Origin: Clostridia bacterium
GTDB lineage: Bacteria; Bacillota; Clostridia; Oscillospirales; CAG-382
Reading direction: 5' to 3'
Assembly: GCA_017429165.1 (NCBI GenBank)
Contig: JAFRPL010000019.1
Location: 43,891 to 107,890, forward strand
Length of the DNA: 64,000 nucleotides
The notes beneath the pieces were generated by a model. The model worked only from the letters and a program-made list of their open reading frames with translations, searched no databases and was not told where the DNA came from. Below are positions 18,001 to 27,840 of this stretch, piece after piece (position 1 is the stretch's first letter; each line of letters opens with the position of its first letter). The position numbers and the translations under genes are program-made.

Positions 18001-18674
18001 TCTTCGTACCCTCCCGCTCTGTCCGACGTTATTTCGCCGCCCTGGATGGTGACGACGCGCTTTTTATAATGGTCGACCAGCGCTTTTTCGTGCGTGACCA
18101 CTATGACCGTCTTGCCCAGCTTGTTGACGCGCAAAAGAAGATCTATGAGTTCTTCGGACATCTTGGGATCCACGTTACCGGTGGGCTCGTCGGCGATGAT
18201 CATTTCGGGGTTGTTGACCAGCGCGCGCGCAAACGCCACGCGCTGCTTTTCGCCGCCCGAAAGCTCGTCCGGAAAGCATTCCGCTTTGTCGGTGAGTTCG
18301 ACGAGATTGAGGAACGCGGGAACTTTTTTCTTTATTATCGAAGGTCTTTCGCCTATGACGCGCAGCGCGAAAGCGACGTTTTCGTAAACGGTCTTGTTAT
18401 CAAAAAGCCTGAAATCCTGAAACACCACGCCCATGGTGCGGCGAAGATACGGGATCTTGCGCTTGGGGAGCTTTTCGAGCTTGAATTTGCCCACGGTGAG
18501 ACGCCCGCCGGAAACGCGTTCTTCGCACATAAGCAGCTTGGTGAGCGTGGTCTTGCCGGCGCCGGAATGGCCGACTACAAAGACGAATTCTCCGTCTTCA
18601 ACGGTCAGGTTGACGTTCCTTAATGCGACGGTCCCGTTGGGATATACCATCGATACGTTCTGAAATTCTATCAT
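17997..18674 (-). CDS. ftsE: Cell division ATP-binding protein FtsE
   Basis: GHSGAGKT, VVFQDFRL, LSGGEKQR and ADEPTGN. Confidence 0.95.
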   Translation of the reverse strand: MIEFQNVSMVYPNGTVALRNVNLTVEDGEFVFVVGHSGAGKTTLTKLLMCEERVSGGRLTVGKFKLEKLPKRKIPYLRRTMGVVFQDFRLFDNKTVYENVAFALRVIGERPSIIKKKVPAFLNLVELTDKAECFPDELSGGEKQRVAFARALVNNPEMIIADEPTGNVDPKMSEELIDLLLRVNKLGKTVIVVTHEKALVDHYKKRVVTIQGGEITSDRAGGYEE

Positions 18675-18697
18675 AACAGCTTGTCCTTTGTTTATTT

Positions 18698-19783
18698 TCA
18701 GTAAAGCGAGGGTTTGGAAGCGATATACTTTTTGACCATGAGCGCCACTTTGAACGTGATGGCGTGGTCGAATTCACGCAAGTCGAGCCCGGTGAGCTTT
18801 TTGATCTTTTCGAGCCGGTAGACGAGCGTGTTGCGGTGGCAGAAAAGCTTGCGGCTGGTTTCGGAAACGTTCAGGTTGTTTTCGAAAAACGCCTGGATCG
18901 TCATAAGCATCTCGTTATCCAGCGTTTCGAGCGAGCCGCGCTTGAACACCTCCTGCAGGAACATTTCGCACAGCGTGGCGGGGAGCTGATAGATAAGGCG
19001 CGCTATGCCGAGGTTTTCGTAATTGATGACGTTCTTTTCGGTATCGAAAACCTTGCCGACTTCCAGCGCTATCTGCGCGTCCTTGTACGAGCGCGCGAGC
19101 TCTTTTACGTTGGTAACGACCGAGCCGATGCCCACCGTGACGCGGTAGAAGAATTCGGTCGAAGCGGTGTCGGCGATTGACCGCGCGTACGCTTCTATGG
19201 AGCGGTTTTCGGCGGCGGTCTTGAGTTCTTTTACAAGCGCTATATCGGATTCACTTATGGAAATGACGTAATCGCGCGATTTGTCGGGGAATATGTTCTG
19301 CACGACGTCGAACGGTACGACCTCGCCTTTGTTGTGGAACCTTATAAGATAGACCACGCGGTTGATCTCGTTATCGAACCGCAGCTCTTTGGCTTTGATG
19401 TAGATATCGCCGGGAAGGATGTTGTCGAGTATAATGTTCTTTACGAAATTGCCTTTGTCGTACTTTTCGTCGTAAAGACTCTTGAATGTGGTGAGCGAGA
19501 CCGAAATAATAGACGCTATGCTCTTGCTCACGGCGTCCTCGCCTTCGGCAAAAGCGGCGAATTCCGAACGCGTATGCGAGCCGATGGCCTTGTAGGTGAA
19601 GCCGTTGATGGCGACGGTGTCGAAGGTGTAAGCGATCTCGTCGGCGACATCGGGCCGGTTTTCCCCTATATGCGAAAGCTGGCTGCACGCCACAACGGTG
19701 CCGCTTTCGTCAACGACGCCGATCATGCGGTCGGTAGTGTCTTTCATCTGGTAGATCATGCTTTGGAACAGTTTGTTGGACAT
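18698..19783 (-). CDS. PucR/CdaR family transcriptional regulator
   Basis: C-terminal LNVSETSRKLFCHRNTLVYRLEKI HTH. Confidence 0.92.
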   Translation of the reverse strand: MSNKLFQSMIYQMKDTTDRMIGVVDESGTVVACSQLSHIGENRPDVADEIAYTFDTVAINGFTYKAIGSHTRSEFAAFAEGEDAVSKSIASIISVSLTTFKSLYDEKYDKGNFVKNIILDNILPGDIYIKAKELRFDNEINRVVYLIRFHNKGEVVPFDVVQNIFPDKSRDYVISISESDIALVKELKTAAENRSIEAYARSIADTASTEFFYRVTVGIGSVVTNVKELARSYKDAQIALEVGKVFDTEKNVINYENLGIARLIYQLPATLCEMFLQEVFKRGSLETLDNEMLMTIQAFFENNLNVSETSRKLFCHRNTLVYRLEKIKKLTGLDLREFDHAITFKVALMVKKYIASKPSLY

Positions 19784-20053
19784 GGTTTTACCTCATCTTT
19801 CTGTTATCTCGCGTCACGTAAAATCTAAAATCCGTATAGGTGATAAAAATCTATATTAATAATACTATAAAAAAACGCAATTTTCAAGGTGTTTTGAAAG
19901 ATTTTAACAAATTTTAGGTAATTTGTTTGTGAATATTTGCCTAACGCCGTTCGCAAAAGGGCGTTTTTTGCGTCCTGTCGCACTTGACACGGGGCATCGC
20001 GTATGATAAAATAAACTTGACCGGAAAGAATAATTACAACGGAGGAACACATA

Positions 20054-20353
20054 ATGGACCGCGATGATGAAAGAATAACTCTTACAGACGAAGAAGGGAC
20101 CGAGACCGAATTTTACGTTATAGGCGACCTTGAACTGGACGGCAAGACCTACGTCGCGTTCGAGCCCTGCGAAAACGAGGAAGGCGAGTACGTCATCCTG
20201 CGCGTGGAGACCGACGAAAACGGCGAAGAGACGCTCGTCACCATAGACGATGACGACGAATTTGAAAAAGCCGCCGAAGCGTTTGAAGAAGAGTATATGG
20301 ACGAGATCGATATGGACGACGCGTTCGACGACGAAGAAGACGAAGAAGAATAA
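20054..20353 (+). CDS. DUF1292 family acidic protein
   Basis: ITLTDEEG.E.EF...GKTYV...L.TIDDDDEFE; RBS GGAGG. Confidence 0.85.
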   Translation: MDRDDERITLTDEEGTETEFYVIGDLELDGKTYVAFEPCENEEGEYVILRVETDENGEETLVTIDDDDEFEKAAEAFEEEYMDEIDMDDAFDDEEDEEE

Positions 20354-20623
20354 ACACACTATCTTCCGCACACCGTCCGGCGGGCGGAAGGGCCGTTAAA
20401 AACCCAACAAATACGAAAAGGAGCGCATATTCCGCTTTGGGGATGCAGGCCTCCCGACGCGGGCTGTTCAAGCCGCTTGCGGCGCACCCCGCGCACGGAC
20501 GTTGGAAGCGCAAACAAGCGGAGAGCGCACCGTCCTGCACAAGCAGGGTTTCGTTCACGGTCCTTCCGCGCGCCGAACGGATCTTATTTGCGGAAATACG
20601 CGAAAAACGGAGAAATAACGCAT

Positions 20624-23014
20624 ATGGAACACAAGCGTTCACACTCTTTGCGCGCCTTGTGCGCGCTGCTTGCCGCTTTACTTATGCTGCTTTGCGCGTG
20701 CGGCACGGAAAACAGCGCGGAAAGTCCGGACCCTGAAGAAAGCTCCGCGGACGAAAGCGAAGCCGTTATTTCGGCGGAAGAAAGCGAAACGGAGGTAAGC
20801 ATGCCGGAACACGAGTATAACGAAGATCTGAAAGCTTCGGAATGCCGCGCGCTCGTTTCGGGCGGCGCCGCGTACACGGTGTCGGCAAAGAACACGGGCG
20901 GCGAGGGTTTTCTGACCGACGGGAACATAAACGAGATCCAGCTCGACGACTCGGGCGTGCTTTACGTTCAAAGCGCCGGCAAGGAATTTGAAATAACGCT
21001 CGATCTGGGAGAAGTCAAACAAAACCTCGAACAGTTCGTGCTCTGGACGGTGCGTTCCTTGAACACCGCCGATATTTCGGCGTTTTCGGTCTACGCCGCC
21101 GGCGAAGACGAAAACTATACGTGCGTTTGCGAAAAGCAGCGTTTCGCTCCCCGCGCCGCCACGACCATGGGCAGGATATATACTCTGAGCGCCGAATGCG
21201 CCGGCGTGGACGCGCGCTACGTGCGCTTTTGCGTGACCCCCGCGGACGGAAACAAGGCGGCGTTCGCCGAAGCGGCGGTCTACGCGCACGCCGATAATTC
21301 GTTTATCGAAAGCGTCCCGGAGCGCACGTACGGATACGACCGCGCGCCCGAAGAAATAACGGTGCCGCACGTTTCCTACAGTATGATAACGACCATGACG
21401 CTGTACGGTGCGAGCGACGAAATGGCTGAGCGCTATTTCGACACGCTTGAAGAAGCCGGTATCACCGGGCTTATCATCCTGCACGGCGCCGGCGCCGACG
21501 GCGCGGTGTACCAGAACAGCGCGCTGGATCACGTTTTCGCCCAGGCGAAAAAACGCGGGATGAAGGTGTTTATGGGGATGAATCCCGCCGACGACATCTT
21601 CGGCAATACCGAAAAGTACAAAAAGGCGAACGTTAACGCGCTGCAGGCGCTTTACACGCGCTACTGCGTCCCCTTCCCGGAAGTATTCTGCGGCTGGTAC
21701 CTCACGCACGAATTCAGCAACGGCGACTTCAAATCGCATCCGGACGAGATCGCGGATATCCTGAGTACCGTGCTGGAAAACATAAACGCGCTCACGCCCG
21801 GGCTGCCGCTTTTGATGTCGCCCTACTGCACATCGTGGGGAGGCAGCGCGTCTCAGCTGAAAAAAAGCCTTGAATCCATTCTCGGCAAAGTTGAACGCGC
21901 GGAGCAGATCATCTACTGCCCGCAGGACGGCGTGGGCTGCGGATATTTCAACACCGCGAACGCCGGCGATTATCTTTCCGCCGCGGCGGCGGTATGCGAA
22001 AAGCACAACGTGGAATTCTGGGTGAATCTGGAAAACTTCATACTCGGTTCGTCCGTCACGGGCGGCGACGACGATATCCCCGCGCCGGTAAGCCGCTTTA
22101 TAAAACAGATCCGCACCGCAGCGAAGTACGCCGACACGCTGTGCACTTTCACCTACGAAGCGTATATGCCGGAATTCTTTGCAAACTACACTATATACAA
22201 CGACATAGAAGACTACCACAAAAACTACATTTATTACCTCAACACCGGCGGGATCCCGCCGGAAGACCTGCCCGCAAACGCGCAGGTAAAAGTCACGGAC
22301 GAAACGCTGACCGTATATCTCCCCACCCCGACGTACGGCGTACAGGCGGTGAAGATACTGCGCGGCGGCGAAGAGCGCTGGTACAACAAACGGCTGATCC
22401 GCACGCTGGGCGGCGTGAGCTATCTGACCTTGCCCAACGAAACGCCCGAGCTGCCGTTTTCGGTGACGGTATACGACTGTTCGTCCGATTCCACCGGCGC
22501 TTTGCGTTTTGAAAAAGACGGCTCCCCCGTAAAGAGCGGCGGTCCGGTGGACCGCACCAAGCAGGGCGTGAACGCCGCGTTAGGCAAGAGCTACGTCGCC
22601 ACCGCCGCCACGCACGACAACGCCGATTCCGGCACGGAACTAACCGACGGCAGGCACGGCGGCGCAAGCTTTTCGGATCCCGCGTGGCAGGGGTTCAACG
22701 GCCAGACCTATGAGATCACCGTAGATTTAGGCGAGATGACCCATAACATAGGCGATATAGTCGTGGAAGCTCTGGGCGGCGGCTACGGCGCCGTTATGGA
22801 ACCGCGGTATTTTGAAGTCTTCGTTTCGGAAGACGGCGTCAGTTTCGACCCCGTCGGCAAGCTCACGTGCGCAGACGAAGGCACCGGCTCGCTCTATATA
22901 AAGCGGCTGACGCTGGAGCTTAAAGAATCGGCGTCGGCGCGGTTCGTCAAGATAAGCGTGAACTGCGTCGGCTGGTTCTTCACCGACGAAATAGAGATCG
23001 TCACGTACGAATGA
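20624..23014 (+). CDS. Lipoprotein with DUF4434-like (glycoside hydrolase-like) core and two discoidin-like domains
   Basis: Lipobox LCAC; GMKVFMG, GWYLTHE, PQDGVG and FWVNLENF; LTDG...ITVDLG repeats. Confidence 0.7.
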   Translation: MEHKRSHSLRALCALLAALLMLLCACGTENSAESPDPEESSADESEAVISAEESETEVSMPEHEYNEDLKASECRALVSGGAAYTVSAKNTGGEGFLTDGNINEIQLDDSGVLYVQSAGKEFEITLDLGEVKQNLEQFVLWTVRSLNTADISAFSVYAAGEDENYTCVCEKQRFAPRAATTMGRIYTLSAECAGVDARYVRFCVTPADGNKAAFAEAAVYAHADNSFIESVPERTYGYDRAPEEITVPHVSYSMITTMTLYGASDEMAERYFDTLEEAGITGLIILHGAGADGAVYQNSALDHVFAQAKKRGMKVFMGMNPADDIFGNTEKYKKANVNALQALYTRYCVPFPEVFCGWYLTHEFSNGDFKSHPDEIADILSTVLENINALTPGLPLLMSPYCTSWGGSASQLKKSLESILGKVERAEQIIYCPQDGVGCGYFNTANAGDYLSAAAAVCEKHNVEFWVNLENFILGSSVTGGDDDIPAPVSRFIKQIRTAAKYADTLCTFTYEAYMPEFFANYTIYNDIEDYHKNYIYYLNTGGIPPEDLPANAQVKVTDETLTVYLPTPTYGVQAVKILRGGEERWYNKRLIRTLGGVSYLTLPNETPELPFSVTVYDCSSDSTGALRFEKDGSPVKSGGPVDRTKQGVNAALGKSYVATAATHDNADSGTELTDGRHGGASFSDPAWQGFNGQTYEITVDLGEMTHNIGDIVVEALGGGYGAVMEPRYFEVFVSEDGVSFDPVGKLTCADEGTGSLYIKRLTLELKESASARFVKISVNCVGWFFTDEIEIVTYE

Positions 23015-23043
23015 TATTATTTTACGCCGATACGTAACGAAAA

Positions 23044-23078
23044 ACGCCCTTCGTTCATATACTGTGAACGAAGGGCGT
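23044..23078 (+). promoter_or_regulatory. 14-bp perfect hairpin overlapping a sigmaE/K-like -10 (CATATACT); also a possible terminator
   Basis: ACGCCCTTCGTTCA-tatactg-TGAACGAAGGGCGT. Confidence 0.55.
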
Positions 23079-23085
23079 GATTTTT

Positions 23086-23232
23086 ATGTTCTGCAAAACC
23101 AAACTCGTGGGCACCTGCGCGCTGTCGTTCGGCGCGGGGATACTCTTATGCTGTTTTCTGCCTTCCGCGGTGATGGTGTTCGTTTCGGCGGCGGCGATAG
23201 CGGGAGCCGGCGCGCTTTTGATGTTTACATAA
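23086..23232 (+). CDS. Small hydrophobic membrane protein (48 aa)
   Basis: MFCKTKLVGTCALSFGAGILLCCFLPSAVMVFVSAAAIAGAGALLMFT (manual translation). Confidence 0.6.
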   Translation: MFCKTKLVGTCALSFGAGILLCCFLPSAVMVFVSAAAIAGAGALLMFT

Positions 23233-23247
23233 GGGGAGATGGAGCGT

Positions 23248-23352
23248 ATGAAGATCTATATTTTGCGCATACCGGGCATACTGAAGCCCGTGTTCCGCAA
23301 ATGGGCCGAAAGGCGCGAAACGAAAAGGGCGAAAAAGCCGCGGAACAAATGA
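23248..23352 (+). CDS. spoVM: SpoVM-like amphipathic peptide (34 aa)
   Basis: MKIYILRIPGILKPVFRKWAERRETKRAKKPRNK; Pro9 as in SpoVM (MKFYTIKLPKFL); RBS GGAG. Confidence 0.55.
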   Translation: MKIYILRIPGILKPVFRKWAERRETKRAKKPRNK

Positions 23353-23408
23353 CTGTCGTTTGAAATAAACATATAAATGACGCACGGAATATATTTCCGT
23401 GCGCCGTT

Positions 23409-24002
23409 TTATCCGGCCGAAGGATTTTGCCCGAGCTCGAGGACACGGCAGTTTTCAAAGAAACCGAGTTCCGAAATATCGTGGGTTATGAATATGACCG
23501 TCTTCCCTTTTGCACATTCGGCGACGTAAGACGCGACTTTCGCCTTGAGCGTTTCGTCGAGTCCCTTGAACGGCTCGTCGAGGATAAGCAGATCGTACGG
23601 CGCAAGCAGCGCGCGCGCTATGGCGACGCGGCGGCGCATCCCGCCCGAAAGCGAAGACACGTCGGTGCGGTATTCGTCCTGCAGTCCGAGCGCGGCGAGC
23701 GTCACGGCGACACGTTCCGGCGCGATATTCCCGCACGCGAAGCGGATGTTCGCCCTGACGTCGTGACCATCTATAAGCCGGTCTTCCTGGAAGACCGCAG
23801 ATATGTTTTGAGGCGCGTTTTCCACGCTGCCGGAATCGGGGATCACAAGCCCGGCGACGATCGAAACGAGCGTGGTCTTGCCGCAGCCGGAAGGCCCGGT
23901 GACGGCGGTGACGGAGCCGGGTTCGAAAGCGTGCGAAAAGCCGCGCAGCACCTCTTTTTCGCCGTAGCTTTTGTAAATATCTTTGCAAACGATGGCATTC
24001 AC
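23409..24002 (-). CDS. NitT/TauT-type ABC transporter ATP-binding protein
   Basis: GPSGCGKT, VFQEDRL, LSGGMRRR and LDEPF; GTG start overlaps the permease stop. Confidence 0.9.
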   Translation of the reverse strand: MNAIVCKDIYKSYGEKEVLRGFSHAFEPGSVTAVTGPSGCGKTTLVSIVAGLVIPDSGSVENAPQNISAVFQEDRLIDGHDVRANIRFACGNIAPERVAVTLAALGLQDEYRTDVSSLSGGMRRRVAIARALLAPYDLLILDEPFKGLDETLKAKVASYVAECAKGKTVIFITHDISELGFFENCRVLELGQNPSAG

Positions 24003-24790
24003 AGCTTTTTCACCCCCTTGAACGCGAGCCCGAGAAGAAACAGCGTGAGTTTTTCGAACGCGAGCGAAAGCAGCACGACCACAACGGTCCACGCCAACAG
24101 CTCTGCGGAATCGAGATAAACTTTTGAAAAATACAGCTGCTCGCCGATCGACCCGGTGGCGATGGAAATGACTTCGGCGGCGACCCCCGCCTTCCACGCC
24201 ATCCCGAGCCCCACGCGGGAGCCGGATATGAGATACGGGAATGCGGCGGGGATATGGATATACCGCACGCGGCGCGAAAGCGGCACTTTGAAGAGCCGCG
24301 CCGTTTCGAGCAGTTTTTCATCGGCGCTCCTTATCCCCTGGAGCACGTTGGTGTAGATTATGGGCAGCACCATCAAAAACGATATGAACACCGAAAGCGA
24401 CGAGGACGAAAGCCATATGAGCGCCAGCACGATGAACGACGCCACCGGCACCGTTTTCGCCACGGTCATATACGGCCTTACGAGCGCTTCCGCGATCTTG
24501 TAACGCGCCGCCAGCGAGGCGAGCAGAATGCCGGACGCGAACGCCAGCCCGAACCCCGCGGCTATCCGCGCGAAGCTGAACCACACGCGCCCCGAGAAAC
24601 CTGCCTGCGGGACGAGCTCGAACAGGCGGCCTGCGACCTGAAGCGGCGTGGCGAGGAGTATGGAGGTATCGCCCATAAACAGCGGGAATATCTGCCAGAC
24701 CGCCAAAAACGCCAAAGCTCCGGCTATGCGGAGCGAGACGTTTTTTATATTTATTTTTTTAGTCTTTGCGTTTTCTTTGATATCATTCAT
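23999..24790 (-). CDS. NitT/TauT-type ABC transporter permease
   Basis: Hydrophobic; PVASFI and AWKAGVAAEV. Confidence 0.9.
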   Translation of the reverse strand: MNDIKENAKTKKINIKNVSLRIAGALAFLAVWQIFPLFMGDTSILLATPLQVAGRLFELVPQAGFSGRVWFSFARIAAGFGLAFASGILLASLAARYKIAEALVRPYMTVAKTVPVASFIVLALIWLSSSSLSVFISFLMVLPIIYTNVLQGIRSADEKLLETARLFKVPLSRRVRYIHIPAAFPYLISGSRVGLGMAWKAGVAAEVISIATGSIGEQLYFSKVYLDSAELLAWTVVVVLLSLAFEKLTLFLLGLAFKGVKKL

Positions 24791-25802
24791 AATAGAATCC
24801 GCCGTCGGGGAGCGCGCCGCCCACCGATTTGGGTTCATAGCCGAAAAGCACGCCGAGATACGCCGAAAGCGCTTCTTTCATCTGCGCCCCGGCAATGAAA
24901 GTGATGTTGCATCCGGGCAGCGCCTGTTTTGCCACGCCGGCTTTGATGCCGACGTACTGTTCCACGAGCGGAGCGGTCTCTTCGACGTTCGACACGGCGA
25001 AACTGCAGCTTTCTTCCGCCGCCGCCATGAATTCGGCGACCGCTTCGGGGTGTTCGGCGGCGAATTCCGCGCGCACGGCTATGACGCTGGTGATGAACGC
25101 GCCGTTTTCGGGGAATTTGCTCCATTCGTCGTTCAGACTGAGCTTGATCTCAAGCCCTTCGACGTTGGTCATCGCCGCCACCACGTAGGGCTGCGGCAGC
25201 ATCGCGACCGCCGATTCGGAAGTTTTGAGCAAAGGCAGTACCTCGTCGGGCTGGGATTTCCATTCGATAGTGACGTCGGTCTCGGGGTCGAGCCCGTTCT
25301 GTTCGAGTATCTTTTTGAGCCCGTATTCGGGAGTCGAGCCCTTGCCGGTGGCGTAGACAGTCTTGCCGCGCAGGTCCGCGACCGAATCTATCTGAACGTT
25401 TTTGCCCAGGATATACAGCACGCCGAGCGTGTTGACCGCAAGCACTTTGACCTTGCCTTCGGTGCGGTTCCACAAAACCGAAGCTAAATTCGCGGGGACC
25501 GAGACTATATCGAATTCGCCCTGTATGAATTTGGGCGTGATCTCGTCGGCGCTTCCCGCCACGGTGAATTCGTAAGCGTTCACAAAGCCGCCCGCGGCGC
25601 TCTGATCCATAAATTTCACAAGTCCCATGGACGTGGGCCCTTTGAGCGACGCTACGCGCACGGCCACGGCTTCGCACGCCGGCTCGGAAACGGGGTCGGA
25701 CGCCGGCTCGGAAACGGGAACGCTTTCTTCGTTCGCGCTTCCGCAGGCGCAAAGCGCGAATATCATAGCCGCCGCAATAAGCAGCGCAAGAATTTTTTTC
25801 AT
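24783..25802 (-). CDS. NitT/TauT-type ABC transporter substrate-binding lipoprotein
   Basis: Lipobox LCAC; LKGPTSMG, VNTLGVLY and PQPY. Confidence 0.9.
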   Translation of the reverse strand: MKKILALLIAAAMIFALCACGSANEESVPVSEPASDPVSEPACEAVAVRVASLKGPTSMGLVKFMDQSAAGGFVNAYEFTVAGSADEITPKFIQGEFDIVSVPANLASVLWNRTEGKVKVLAVNTLGVLYILGKNVQIDSVADLRGKTVYATGKGSTPEYGLKKILEQNGLDPETDVTIEWKSQPDEVLPLLKTSESAVAMLPQPYVVAAMTNVEGLEIKLSLNDEWSKFPENGAFITSVIAVRAEFAAEHPEAVAEFMAAAEESCSFAVSNVEETAPLVEQYVGIKAGVAKQALPGCNITFIAGAQMKEALSAYLGVLFGYEPKSVGGALPDGGFYYE

Positions 25803-25973
25803 TTTACATTACCTCTCTTTTTTCATTTGTTTCAGTACGGTTATTATACGCATATACGGCGGCATTTTCCGTTGCGCACGCAACAAAGCGAAAAAATAAT
25901 GGCGCCTTGTGCGATTTTTCTGTTGCCACGGCGGCGGAAATGTGGTAAAATCCCGAATAAGGTGAAAAAGCAA

Positions 25974-26933
25974 ATGAAAGAGATTACCGTAAACGCCAAC
26001 GACGCGGGCAAACGGCTGGACAAATTCCTTGCAAAAACCATGCCCGCGATCCCCGCTTCGCTCATGTACAAATACATACGCACGAAGCGCGTAAAAGTCA
26101 ACGGAAAGCGCGCTAAGGAAAACGATATACTTTGCCGTGGCGATACCGTCGCGCTGTTCGTGCCCGAGGAGTTTTTAACGCAGCGGAGCGAAGATTCGTT
26201 CAAGCGCGTAAAAGCGCCGCTCGACGTGCGCTTTGAAGACGCAAACGTGCTTATAATCCGCAAGCCCAAGGGGCTGTTGTGCCATTCCGAATCGCCCGAC
26301 GACGCCGACACGCTGATAGACCGCGTAAAGGCGTACCTTTGGAACAAAGGCGAATATTACCCCGAGCGCGAGAATTCTTTTGCGCCGGCGCTTTGCAACC
26401 GCATAGACCGCAATACGGAAGGGCTGGTCATCGCAGCCAAGACCGGCGGCGCTCTGCGTGAGATGAACGAGATCATCCGCCGCCGCGAGGTGCGCAAGAT
26501 CTATCTCGCCGTCTGCCACGGCGCAATGGAAAAGCGCGCGGGCGAGATAAAATCGTATTTGCAGAAAGATCCCGAAAAGAACATGGTCACGGTGCGCGAC
26601 AAGCCGTTCAAAGGCGCGGTGACCGCGGTCACGCGGTACGAAGTCATATCGTATGAAAACAAAAAAGACCTTTCGCTCTTGCGCGTGGAGCTTATGACCG
26701 GGCGCACGCACCAGATCCGCGCGCAGCTGGCGCATACCGGCCACCCGCTGCTCGGCGACGGTAAGTACGCCGTGAACAAGGAAGACCGCAAGATGGGCTA
26801 TTCCTCGCAGGCGCTGTGTTCGTATTCGCTGAGATTCGAGCTGAAAGACGCCGCCGATTTCCCGCTGCTTTCGTACCTCGACGGAGAAGAGATCACCTCC
26901 ACCGAACCCGATTTCGTGAACTTGTTCAAATGA
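25974..26933 (+). CDS. RluA/RluC family pseudouridine synthase
   Basis: S4 domain (RLDKFL), NRIDRNTEG and TGRTHQIR. Confidence 0.93.
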   Translation: MKEITVNANDAGKRLDKFLAKTMPAIPASLMYKYIRTKRVKVNGKRAKENDILCRGDTVALFVPEEFLTQRSEDSFKRVKAPLDVRFEDANVLIIRKPKGLLCHSESPDDADTLIDRVKAYLWNKGEYYPERENSFAPALCNRIDRNTEGLVIAAKTGGALREMNEIIRRREVRKIYLAVCHGAMEKRAGEIKSYLQKDPEKNMVTVRDKPFKGAVTAVTRYEVISYENKKDLSLLRVELMTGRTHQIRAQLAHTGHPLLGDGKYAVNKEDRKMGYSSQALCSYSLRFELKDAADFPLLSYLDGEEITSTEPDFVNLFK

Positions 26934-26948
26934 CCCGGATATTAAAAC

Positions 26949-26981
26949 ATCTCCCGGAAAAACCACGTTTTTCCGGGAGAT
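26949..26981. terminator. Terminator hairpin between convergent genes
   Basis: ATCTCCCGGAAAAA-ccacg-TTTTTCCGGGAGAT. Confidence 0.8.
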
Positions 26982-26987
26982 TTCCTT

Positions 26988-27033
26988 AATTTTCAATTTG
27001 CAATTTTCAATTTGCAATTTGCAATTTGCAATT
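26988..27033. repeat. Heptamer tandem repeat AATTT(T/G)C x6.5
   Basis: Read directly from the sequence. Confidence 0.9.
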
Positions 27034-27676
27034 ATCTGTTATTTATCCTCAGCCCCGCGAGCAGTATGTGCGGTATGGCGCCAAGCTGACGCAGCACGGG
27101 GAAAGCGTATTCGCCGGCGCTGCTGAATTCGAACGTGGTTATGCCCGTGGTCTGCAGGCGGATATCCAGCCAGCTGAGCTCGGCGGGCCTGAGCAGCAGA
27201 TGCGATATCCACGCTCCGCCGAAGCCGCCGTGGCAGAACACCGCCACGTGTTCGTCGTTTTTGCGCAGCACTTTGTAGCGCGCGCCGCATCTTTCGAACC
27301 CCAGCGACGTGAGGAACGCGTCGGAATTCTGCACGAGCAGCTCTATGGACCCGTTGCGGCTTTCGCTGGTGAGGTCGGTGAAATCGCGCACGCCTTCGGT
27401 GAGCGTAAAGGTATAAGAGCAGTTGCCCGGCATATCGCAGGGGCGCATATAGTCCATGCTTTCGGCGGTCCAGGGCAGCACGGTGTATTCCAGCCCTTTT
27501 TCGCGGCAGGTGGGAAGCGCGGTGTCTATTGCCCTGCCCAGGGGCGACGTGTATATTTTATCCAAAGGGACGCCTTTCATATAGACCGCGAGCGCCTCGG
27601 CTTCCTGCTTGCCGAATTCGGTTATGGTGTTGTTGGGATAATCGGGGTCCGCGTGGCGGATGATGTGAAGTATCAT
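27032..27676 (-). CDS. Histidine phosphatase family protein
   Basis: IIRHADPDY, SPLGRA.DT and FCHGG. Confidence 0.9.
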   Translation of the reverse strand: MILHIIRHADPDYPNNTITEFGKQEAEALAVYMKGVPLDKIYTSPLGRAIDTALPTCREKGLEYTVLPWTAESMDYMRPCDMPGNCSYTFTLTEGVRDFTDLTSESRNGSIELLVQNSDAFLTSLGFERCGARYKVLRKNDEHVAVFCHGGFGGAWISHLLLRPAELSWLDIRLQTTGITTFEFSSAGEYAFPVLRQLGAIPHILLAGLRINNR

Positions 27677-27750
27677 TGATCTTCCTCCGTTTCTGCAATA
27701 GAATATACCACAAGCGGCGCGTTTTGTCAACCGCGGAAAGCGGCGGACTC

Positions 27751-27779
27751 TTGAAATCCCCGCCGCGATATGCTATAAT
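27751..27779 (+). promoter_or_regulatory. sigmaA promoter of the LRR array
   Basis: TTGAAA-17 nt-TATAAT with extended -10 TG; -35 flanked by inverted GCGGCGG/CCGCCGC. Confidence 0.75.
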
Positions 27780-27840
27780 GAATAAAAAGATACCGCCGCG
27801 CGCAACGTCCGCCGCGGGTAAGGAAAGGAAACGTCAAAAT

